DNA of 64,000 nt, taken from assembly GCA_902783655.1 (NCBI GenBank), contig CACZRZ010000036.1, positions 164 through 64,163 of the forward strand, in the 5' to 3' direction. A model generated the notes under the pieces. That model was not told where the DNA came from and searched no databases. It was given only the letters and a program-made list of their open reading frames with translations. Shown in pieces: positions 51,549 through 59,205 of the stretch (position 1 is the first letter of the stretch; the number at the start of each line of letters is the position of its first letter). The DNA comes from an uncultured Bacteroidales bacterium. Lineage in GTDB: Bacteria; Bacteroidota; Bacteroidia; Bacteroidales; Bacteroidaceae. Both the position numbers and the translations under genes were made by a program.

Positions 51549-53809
51549 TGAATACGATAAAGTATATGTATAATAAGACAAGCGGTTTGCTCTGTGCGCT
51601 CTGTCTTCTTTGTGCCCTCTGTGTCACTTCCTGCGAGGACATGCTCGACAAGGGCAACGAGTATGTCATCTATGCCGACGACCAGGTGATTTCCGACCCT
51701 GCCGACACCGTCACCTCCGTTCTGGGCATCCTCAACAAACTGCAGGGCATCGCCGTGCGCAACAACCTCTTCGGCGAATTGCGTGCCGACCTTGTGACGG
51801 TCAACGACAATGCCACCACCGACCTCAAGTCGATAGCCTCTCTCGAGATCAACGACTCCAACGTCTACAATCTGCCTCGCGACTACTATGCAGTCATCAA
51901 CAACTGCAACTTCTTCCTCGAGCGTGCCGACTCCACAGCCGGCAACACCAACCGTAACGAGAAGTACTTTGAGGCCGAGATAGCCCAGGTTCACAGCATA
52001 CGTGCCTGGACCTACCTCCAGATGGTGCTCCTCTACGGCAAGGTGCCCTTCGTCATCGACCCCGTCATCACGAAGTTGCAGTCCGATGCCTCCTATCCTA
52101 TGTACGACCTCGACCAGATTTGTGACTATTTCATACAGGACCTCAAGCCCTACTATGGTAAGGAGTATCCCGACTACGGTGGTGTCGGTGGAAATGTCGA
52201 CCCACAGATGTGCTTCTTCCCCACACAGGTGGTTACGGGCGACCTCTATCTCTGGCTTGCCGCCAAGCGTCACGACCCCGAGATGGCCAAGCTCGCTGCC
52301 AAGGCCTATTACGACTACATCGTTTGGGACCTCAGCGGAAAGAGAGACCTCGTTACCAACAACAATCGCGTCTACTGGAACGAGCAAAGCCTCTACACGG
52401 GCCGTCTTAACAACCCATCAGGTGGCATCTTCTATGATTATTTAAGTGTCTGGGGACGTTCCGATGTCGAGAGTGTCACCGTCATCCCCATGGACTCTGC
52501 AGCTTCTGACGGCCACTACAACGATTTGCGCAACCTCTACAACACCCAGTACAACATCGACTACGTCGAGGCCAGCATTGCACCGTCCAGCGTCCTTCGC
52601 GACCTGTCAAAGGCACAGCGTTACATAGGCTACGACAACTACAAGAGCGTCGTGGAGGTCACTGCCGACAAGTTCACCGACGAGGAAATCAACGAAGGCT
52701 ATCTGGGCGACCTGCGCTTCTACGACAACTACAACCAGCGCACCACCAAGTGGAACGGTGAGGAAATCGACTACCAGACCATCTACAAGCACAACTTCCA
52801 GCACATCGGCATCTACCGGGCAGCCCAGATCTATCTGCGTCTGGCCGAAGCCCTCAACTATGCCGGCTATCCCCGTTTTGCCCGTCAGATACTCATCATG
52901 GGCCTGTCCAATACGGTTATCGAGAACGAGGTGCAGCCCTACTACACTTCGGCACAGGATTCGGCCTTCATCCAGTATTTCGACTTCAACAACAACGACT
53001 TCAAGCCCTATGCCGAGAGTTATGCCCTCTCACGCACACCCTCTGGAGTCATCCGCAGCTACACCCCCACCTTGCGTGGCGAAATCCGTGAGTGCAACAT
53101 GTGGGGCATCCACAGCCGCGGTTCGGGCCTTGCCTTCCTCAATACCGATTATGCTCCGCTCGAGGTCATCGACAGCAATGCCGTCTCCAACCCCTATCCC
53201 TATGCCCTCGAGGATGCCATCGGAGTGCGACCCACCAAGGCCGACTACGAGTATCCTGCTGCGCCCCGCGCTGTCGTGAAGCCCTCCACCTGGGACAAGT
53301 ATCCCAATCAGGTCGTCGACCACGACACCTATGTCAGCATCAATCCCACGCTCACCACTTCGGCCCTCGAGCGTGCCTATAAGAACTATGTGGAGAAAGA
53401 CTCTGTCGGTGCCTACAATGTCTATGTCACCGTCACCGTTCCCGAGTATGAGGCTGCTGTAGCCGCCGTCGATCTCGTCTATCAGACCGACTTCGATGCC
53501 TACACCGCTCGTTCCGATGCCTTCCTCGAAGCCTACTGGCAGTGGTACAAGGTGGCTTATGCTAATCCCACCATCATCAGCAACGAGCAGCTCGTCATCG
53601 ATCGTCTCATCCTCGACGAACAGGCTTTGGAACTCTGCTTCGAGGGCAATCGCTTCTACGATCTCATGCGCCGCGCCCTGTGGTACAACGACCCGTCTCG
53701 TCTGGCCACTCCTGTTTCGCAGCGTGATGCCACCGTCGGAGCCAAGCTCATGAACCGCAACAACTGGTACATCCAGTGGAAGGACAAAATCGGACCTAAT
53801 GTCAACTAA
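51548..53809 (+). CDS. SusD/RagB-family lipoprotein (second copy, long form)
   Basis: It has a lipobox (LCVTSCED) and SusD-like motifs (RAWTYLQMVLLYGKVPF, LELCFEGNRFYDLMRR). ATG 51548 is preferred over ATG 51539. Confidence 0.85.
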   Translation: MNTIKYMYNKTSGLLCALCLLCALCVTSCEDMLDKGNEYVIYADDQVISDPADTVTSVLGILNKLQGIAVRNNLFGELRADLVTVNDNATTDLKSIASLEINDSNVYNLPRDYYAVINNCNFFLERADSTAGNTNRNEKYFEAEIAQVHSIRAWTYLQMVLLYGKVPFVIDPVITKLQSDASYPMYDLDQICDYFIQDLKPYYGKEYPDYGGVGGNVDPQMCFFPTQVVTGDLYLWLAAKRHDPEMAKLAAKAYYDYIVWDLSGKRDLVTNNNRVYWNEQSLYTGRLNNPSGGIFYDYLSVWGRSDVESVTVIPMDSAASDGHYNDLRNLYNTQYNIDYVEASIAPSSVLRDLSKAQRYIGYDNYKSVVEVTADKFTDEEINEGYLGDLRFYDNYNQRTTKWNGEEIDYQTIYKHNFQHIGIYRAAQIYLRLAEALNYAGYPRFARQILIMGLSNTVIENEVQPYYTSAQDSAFIQYFDFNNNDFKPYAESYALSRTPSGVIRSYTPTLRGEIRECNMWGIHSRGSGLAFLNTDYAPLEVIDSNAVSNPYPYALEDAIGVRPTKADYEYPAAPRAVVKPSTWDKYPNQVVDHDTYVSINPTLTTSALERAYKNYVEKDSVGAYNVYVTVTVPEYEAAVAAVDLVYQTDFDAYTARSDAFLEAYWQWYKVAYANPTIISNEQLVIDRLILDEQALELCFEGNRFYDLMRRALWYNDPSRLATPVSQRDATVGAKLMNRNNWYIQWKDKIGPNVN

Positions 53810-53835
53810 CTGATTATTACATCCAATTACAAATC

Positions 53836-53875
53836 AGAGGCTGTGTCAAAAAAGAAACGACACAGCCTCTTTTTC
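53836..53875 (+). terminator. intrinsic terminator after the SusCD locus
   Basis: The stem AGAGGCTGTGTC pairs with GACACAGCCTCT across an 11-nt loop and is followed by TTTTCG. Confidence 0.8.
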
Positions 53876-53920
53876 GTTGTATTTTTGTGGTTCGCATTGT
53901 AGTATATTGAAAAAGTTTTG

Positions 53921-53928
53921 TAACTTTG
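53921..53928 (+). promoter_or_regulatory. candidate -7 box (TAACTTTG) for the kinase operon
   Basis: A TAnnTTTG match about 18 nt upstream of ATG 53946. Confidence 0.45.
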
Positions 53929-53945
53929 CAAAAAAATATGACAAT

Positions 53946-55091
53946 ATGGATTATCAGTATCACATCTTTGCTCCGTATCGTGTGTGTCCGTTGGGCGCCC
54001 ATGTCGACCACCAGCATGGTCTGGTGACGGGCTTTGCCATCGACAAAGGCGTCGACCTTTGGTTCAATGTCCGCGAGGACGGCTTGGTCAATCTCTCTTC
54101 GAAAACATTCGAGGGTGAGGTCAGTTTCGAGATAGCCCAACCCTCTCAGGTTCGTGAACACCACTGGGGCGACTATGCCCGAGGCGCAAAGTATGCGCTG
54201 AGAAAGCGCTTCGAACTGGCCCGAGGCATCGACGGCGTCATTCAGGGCTCCCTGCCCGTTGGCGGTCTGTCGTCGTCGGCGGCAGTGCTCATCGCCTATG
54301 TCATGGCCTTTGCCAAGGCCAACGACATCACGCTCCAACCCTTCGAAGTCGTCCGGATTGCGTCGGAGGCAGAGCGCGAATACATAGGTCTGAACAACGG
54401 TCTGCTCGACCAGGCATGCATTGCTCTGGGCAAGAGAGACGGCCTGCTGTTCCTCGACTGCGACACCAACGACTGGCGAATCATCAAGCGCAACCCCGAC
54501 ATGCCGGAGTTCGAGATAGGCATTTTCTTCTCCGGCCTGACGCGTTCGCTGGTAAACTCGGACTATAATCTCCGCGTTTATGAGTGCAAGACGGCAGCCT
54601 GGAACATGTTGGCATACACCGACCAGCCGCTGAAGACCTTCGACAAGACCTTCCTCCGCGATATCCCCAAGGCCACGTTCGAGAAAACCCGCATCGCCAT
54701 GCCAGCCCGCTTCGCCCGTCGTGCCGAGCACTTCTATTCGGAGTATCGTCGTGTGCGCCAGGGCGTGACGGCTTGGGAGACGGGCAACATGAAGCTCTTC
54801 GGCAAACTGAGTTTCGACTCTTGTGAAAGCAGCATACACAACTATGAGTGCGGGTCGCCCGAATTGATTGCCATCTACGAAATCATGCGCAATCTGCCCG
54901 GAGTCTATGGTGGCCGCTTCTCGGGAGCCGGTTTCAAGGGTGCCTGCATTGCACTGGTGGACCCGGCCTGCAAGGAGGAAATCGAGAAAACATTGACAGA
55001 GAAGTACCTGAAGCAGTTCCCTGAATACGAGAAAACCTTCCAGGTGTTCTGGGTAAAGCCCGACGACGGAGCACGATTCTTGGATAATTGA
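53946..55091 (+). CDS. GHMP-family sugar-1-kinase (galactokinase-like)
   Basis: It has a galactokinase-like N-terminal motif (APYRVCPLGAHVDHQHG), the GHMP motif GGLSSSAAV and the motif GGRFSGAGFKG. The substrate cannot be assigned. Confidence 0.75.
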   Translation: MDYQYHIFAPYRVCPLGAHVDHQHGLVTGFAIDKGVDLWFNVREDGLVNLSSKTFEGEVSFEIAQPSQVREHHWGDYARGAKYALRKRFELARGIDGVIQGSLPVGGLSSSAAVLIAYVMAFAKANDITLQPFEVVRIASEAEREYIGLNNGLLDQACIALGKRDGLLFLDCDTNDWRIIKRNPDMPEFEIGIFFSGLTRSLVNSDYNLRVYECKTAAWNMLAYTDQPLKTFDKTFLRDIPKATFEKTRIAMPARFARRAEHFYSEYRRVRQGVTAWETGNMKLFGKLSFDSCESSIHNYECGSPELIAIYEIMRNLPGVYGGRFSGAGFKGACIALVDPACKEEIEKTLTEKYLKQFPEYEKTFQVFWVKPDDGARFLDN

Positions 55092-55118
55092 AAATTGAGA
55101 ATTGACAATTGAAAATTA
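55084..55118 (+). repeat. five tandem AATTGAN heptamers spanning the kinase stop and the next start
   Basis: The units are ATAATTG AAAATTG AGAATTG ACAATTG AAAATTA, followed by TG. The kinase TGA (55089-55091) lies inside the tract. Confidence 0.85.
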
Positions 55119-55861
55119 TGAAGAACATTGTTATTGCAGCAGGATATGCAACGCGGCTGGGCGAGTTGACCAGAAACTTCCCCAAGCCGTTGCTGAAGAT
55201 AGGAGAGAGCACCATTCTGGGACGTATGCTCGACGACATCGACAGGATTCCGGATATCGACGAACACATCATCATCACCAACCACAAGTTTGCATCCATC
55301 TTCGAGAAATGGAAGACGGGAATTAACTATCAGAAACCCGTCACCATCGTGGACGACGGCACAGAGACCAACGACACCCGCCTGGGAGCCGTCTGCGACC
55401 TGCTCTTTGCGATGGACCGGCTCCAGATAGACGACGACCTGCTGGTGGTGGCTGCCGACAACCTTCTGTTCTTCTCCTTCCAGGAGTTCGTGGATTTTGC
55501 CCGTGCCAAGCGCACCTCCTGCATCATGTGCCACGAACAACCTTCGATAGAGAAACTGCAGCGCACCGGCGTTGTCGAACTCGACGAGAACCATCGTGTC
55601 CTGGGCATGGAAGAGAAACCCCAGGTGCCCAAGAGCCATTGGGCCGTTCCTCCCTTCTATATATATAGGAAAGAAGACCTCGGCCTCGTGCGCCATTCCG
55701 TGGAGAACGGTTGCGGCAAGGATGCCCCTGGCAACCTGGCCCACTACATGGTGGAGCACACCACGATGCATGCATGGCCCATGTCGGCAGGCCGTTTCGA
55801 CATCGGCAGCCTGGACACATACTACGAAGCCTGCGAACTGGCAAGAACAGGGAGATTATAA
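55118..55861 (+). CDS. sugar-phosphate nucleotidyltransferase
   Basis: The N-terminal motif is IAAGYATRLGELTRNFPKPLL (GxGTRL-type). The size is about 247 aa. ATG 55118 is preferred over TTG 55109. Confidence 0.8.
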   Translation: MKNIVIAAGYATRLGELTRNFPKPLLKIGESTILGRMLDDIDRIPDIDEHIIITNHKFASIFEKWKTGINYQKPVTIVDDGTETNDTRLGAVCDLLFAMDRLQIDDDLLVVAADNLLFFSFQEFVDFARAKRTSCIMCHEQPSIEKLQRTGVVELDENHRVLGMEEKPQVPKSHWAVPPFYIYRKEDLGLVRHSVENGCGKDAPGNLAHYMVEHTTMHAWPMSAGRFDIGSLDTYYEACELARTGRL

Positions 55862-55914
55862 ATCAGGATGTCCGGTGTGAGCAACATCGGCGACACATAA
55901 ACCAAAAGAGAAAT

Positions 55915-56979
55915 ATGGAAAAGATTGACTTAAATGGAAAGACCTTATTGGTAACAGGCGCAGCCGGATTCATCGGTTCGAACTTGGTAAAACGCCTGTT
56001 CAAGGACGTGAACGGAGCCACCATCGTCGGCATCGACAACCTGAACGATTACTACGATGTGGCCCTGAAAGAATACCGCCTCAGAGAGTTGGAAACCATC
56101 AGCTCCGGCCATCCGTCCAATTCGTGGACGTTTGTGAAAGGAGACATCGCCGACAAATCCGTCATCGGCAACCTCTTTGCGGAATACAAGTTCTCCGTCG
56201 TGGTCAACCTCGCCGCCCAGGCAGGAGTCCGATACAGCATCACCAATCCGGATGCATACATCCAGTCGAACCTGATAGGCTTCTACAACATCCTCGAAGC
56301 CTGCCGCCACAATCCCGTGGAGCACCTGGTATATGCCTCGTCGTCAAGCGTCTATGGAGGCAACAAGAAGGTGCCTTTCAGCACCGACGACCGTGTGGAC
56401 AATCCCGTTTCACTGTATGCAGCCACCAAGAAGTCCAACGAACTGATGGCACACTGCTATTCCAAGCTCTACGACATCCCGACCACCGGCCTGCGCTTCT
56501 TTACCGTATATGGTCCGGCAGGTCGTCCCGACATGGCCTACTTCGGCTTCACGAACAAACTCCTGAAGGGCGAAACCATCCAAATCTTCAATTACGGTAA
56601 CTGCCGTCGCGACTTCACCTATGTCGATGACATCGTGGAAGGTGTGGTCCGTGTGATGCAGGGTGCTCCCGAGCGCAAGCAGGGCGAGGATGGTCTGCCC
56701 ATACCTCCATACGCCGTTTACAACATCGGCGGCGGTCAGCCGGAGAGCCTGCTCGATTTCGTCCAGATACTCCAGGAGGAACTGGTGCGTGCCGGTGTCC
56801 TGCCCTCAGACTTCGACTTCGACGCCCACAAGCAGTTGGTACCCATGCAGCCCGGCGATGTCCCCACCACCTATGCCGATGCCGCAGCCCTCGAGCGCGA
56901 CTACGGCTTCACGCCCAGGATACCCCTTCGCGACGGTCTCCGTGCCTTTGCCGAATGGTATCGCGAGTTCTACATGTAG
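55915..56979 (+). CDS. NAD-dependent epimerase, UDP-glucuronate 4-epimerase-like (extended SDR)
   Basis: It has the Rossmann motif GAAGFIGSNL, the catalytic motif YAATKKSNE (YxxxK) and an overall layout like CapI/LpsL-type epimerases. The start is set at ATG 55915. Confidence 0.8.
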   Translation: MEKIDLNGKTLLVTGAAGFIGSNLVKRLFKDVNGATIVGIDNLNDYYDVALKEYRLRELETISSGHPSNSWTFVKGDIADKSVIGNLFAEYKFSVVVNLAAQAGVRYSITNPDAYIQSNLIGFYNILEACRHNPVEHLVYASSSSVYGGNKKVPFSTDDRVDNPVSLYAATKKSNELMAHCYSKLYDIPTTGLRFFTVYGPAGRPDMAYFGFTNKLLKGETIQIFNYGNCRRDFTYVDDIVEGVVRVMQGAPERKQGEDGLPIPPYAVYNIGGGQPESLLDFVQILQEELVRAGVLPSDFDFDAHKQLVPMQPGDVPTTYADAAALERDYGFTPRIPLRDGLRAFAEWYREFYM

Positions 56980-57008
56980 TCGAAGCAGATTCGGCATAAT
57001 AAGAACTG

Positions 57009-58727
57009 ATGAAGATAATAGCATTTATAGTCTTCGTGAGCCTTATTCCCTTGCTTCTCGCGGGGCAGCCACGTCTGGAACATCGCGGCAACAGTACGGC
57101 AAGGATTGTAGCCAACGGCAAACCCATGCTGATGATTGGCGGTGAACTGGGCAATTCGTCAGCCTCCACGCCGGAGGATGTGAAGCGCACCTTTTCGCAT
57201 GTTTCCAAGATGGGGCTCAATACCGTTCTCGTCCCTGTATCGTGGGAACTCATAGAACCCCAAGAGGGAAAGTTTGACATGAGTTCGCTCGACGTCATCC
57301 TGGCAGAAGCAAGGCGCAACGGATTGAAAGTCGTACTGCTATGGTTTGGTGCTTGGAAAAACTCCATGAGCTGCTATGCTCCGGAGTGGTTCAAGCGTGA
57401 TGTGAAGCGCTTTCCCCGTGCCCATACCTCGGACGGGAAACCGGTTGAAGAGGCCTCGTCGCTCAGCAAGAATGTGCTGGAGGCCGACAAGCGTGCCTTC
57501 TGCAGCATCATGGAGCATCTGCGTGTCCATGATGCTCAGGAACAGACGGTCGTCATGGTGCAGGTGGAGAATGAGATAGGTATGATTGAGGTGCCGCGTG
57601 ACTATTCGGATGATGCTACCCGTATGTACCGCAGTGCTGTGCCACAGCAACTGACTGCCTATCTGGCGCAACATCAGAAGTCGCTGCATCCCTATCTGAA
57701 AGAGAAACTGCAACTAACAGCCAAAAGCCAACAGTCAAAAGCCAGTTGGGCGCAGTTGTTTGGTGATGACATTTACACGGAAGAGATTTTCCAGACGTGG
57801 ACCTACGCCACGTATGTCGAACAGATTGCCAAGGCAGGACGCGAGATTTACGACCTGCCGATGTACGTCAATGTAGCTCTCGACAGTCGCAACCGCAAGC
57901 CTGGGCAATATCCTTCAGGCGGTCCGTTGGCACATCTCATAGACCTGTGGCATTGCGGAGCACCGTCCATTGATGTGCTTGGCGTTGACATTTACGACAA
58001 GGGCATAAAGTCGTGGCTGTCAAAATACCATCTGCCGAACAATCCTCTCTTTGTCCCAGAGATACGTCTGGAGGATAGGGATGCCATGTATGCCCTCTAT
58101 GCCTTTGGCCATCATGGGGCGATGGGGTTCTGCCCGTTCAGCATTGAAGACTATCCTCTCACCAAGTCGGGCAAGAGCGACGACTGGAAGCAGATGGACC
58201 TGTCACAGGACGACCAGCTCAATGCCTTCTCCCCTGCCGGCACATCGCTGTCTCCTCTTGTTGCGTCCTACCGACTGTTGCGCCAGGCCGAACCGTTGAT
58301 TCTTGAGCGTCAGGGCACAAAAGACATGGATGCCGTACTCCTTGATAACGAACAGCGGGAGGCTGAAATCGTCACCCCCGATGGAATCCGTCTCAGCATA
58401 AAGCACAGCTACACCCTCGGTTGGGAACCCGGTGCCAAGGATGCAGAATGGCCCGAATCAGCATGCATCATTCTTCGTCTTGGCAAAGAAGATTACCTCG
58501 TCATAGGAAGTGGAGTGGTGGTAACCTATTCCCCGGCAGAATCATCAGCCACGTGGCAGAAAGGCAACAGGCGCATCGGGTTGGCAAAGTGTGAGGAAGT
58601 GGAGATTGTTGAAGGCAAGCTGCACATCGTTCGCCACCTCAATGGCGACCAGACACATCAGGGCCGCCACGTCCGCATACCGGTGGGGCAATTCCAAATC
58701 CAGCACTTCAAATTGTACAGATACTAA
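57009..58727 (+). CDS. secreted GH35/GH42-like beta-galactosidase-fold protein (DUF5597-type)
   Basis: It has a signal peptide and TIM-barrel motifs (GLNTVLVPVSWELIEPQEGKFD, VQVENEIG). Confidence 0.6.
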   Translation: MKIIAFIVFVSLIPLLLAGQPRLEHRGNSTARIVANGKPMLMIGGELGNSSASTPEDVKRTFSHVSKMGLNTVLVPVSWELIEPQEGKFDMSSLDVILAEARRNGLKVVLLWFGAWKNSMSCYAPEWFKRDVKRFPRAHTSDGKPVEEASSLSKNVLEADKRAFCSIMEHLRVHDAQEQTVVMVQVENEIGMIEVPRDYSDDATRMYRSAVPQQLTAYLAQHQKSLHPYLKEKLQLTAKSQQSKASWAQLFGDDIYTEEIFQTWTYATYVEQIAKAGREIYDLPMYVNVALDSRNRKPGQYPSGGPLAHLIDLWHCGAPSIDVLGVDIYDKGIKSWLSKYHLPNNPLFVPEIRLEDRDAMYALYAFGHHGAMGFCPFSIEDYPLTKSGKSDDWKQMDLSQDDQLNAFSPAGTSLSPLVASYRLLRQAEPLILERQGTKDMDAVLLDNEQREAEIVTPDGIRLSIKHSYTLGWEPGAKDAEWPESACIILRLGKEDYLVIGSGVVVTYSPAESSATWQKGNRRIGLAKCEEVEIVEGKLHIVRHLNGDQTHQGRHVRIPVGQFQIQHFKLYRY

Positions 58728-58770
58728 TATAAAGGTAGAAACTCAAAAACAAAAAGATGCACCTTCAATA

Positions 58771-58875
58771 TATTGACGGTGGTGCCATCGATATATTGAC
58801 GGAACTACCGTCAACGTATTGACGGAGGTACCGTCAAAATATTGACGGATTTTTGACGGTAATTGTTTTCGTCAA
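58771..58875. repeat. array of four 23-bp units, each TATTGACGG-N5-CCGTCAA-like (palindromic)
   Basis: TATTGACGG starts at 58771, 58794, 58817 and 58840, an exact 23-bp period. Units 2 and 3 are perfect TTGACGG-N5-CCGTCAA palindromes. Extra TTGACGG and CGTCAA half-sites follow. Confidence 0.85.
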
Positions 58876-59124
58876 ATGACATCGTGGCTGGTGGTTCCCT
58901 TTTATCTTTCCTTCGTTCAAGTTGAAAGGTCAAAAACGGATCGCCCAATGTTTTTGTGTTGCTGAAGGGTAATCATGGTTACGAGATGGATGTATAAGAG
59001 GAAGGGAAGGGGAAAGTAGAGGTGGCTTTCAGTTTATGCCGGAAAAAGGTTGCAGTGCATCATTACTTTTCATGTTTTATGCATTTTTTTGGGGGACAGG
59101 GGAACATTATTGCGAAAAAAAGCG

Positions 59125-59132
59125 TAAATTTG
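59125..59132 (+). promoter_or_regulatory. candidate -7 box (TAAATTTG) for the large T9SS cargo gene
   Basis: A TAnnTTTG match about 75 nt upstream of ATG 59206. Confidence 0.4.
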
Positions 59133-59205
59133 TGACGGCCAAAGGCCGTATGGCATGATCAGAGAGCATTGAGAGAATACAAAAAAATAATAGCTACTGG
59201 TAACC

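Noticed and set aside
55711-55914. The epimerase ORF has a long N-terminal extension starting at 55711. The ORF track also gives extended starts at 53877 for the kinase and 23196 for the LPP20-like gene.
   Set aside because: The extensions overlap upstream genes or predicted promoter boxes and lack family similarity. Internal ATGs give canonical N-termini: MEKIDLNGKTLLVTGAAGFIG, MDYQYHIFAPYRVCPLGAH, and a signal peptide respectively.
58771-58875. The 23-bp repeat array, and the 22-bp array at 26668-26733, were considered as possible CRISPR arrays.
   Set aside because: The units are directly adjacent with no unique spacers, there are only three or four copies, and no cas genes are in the window.
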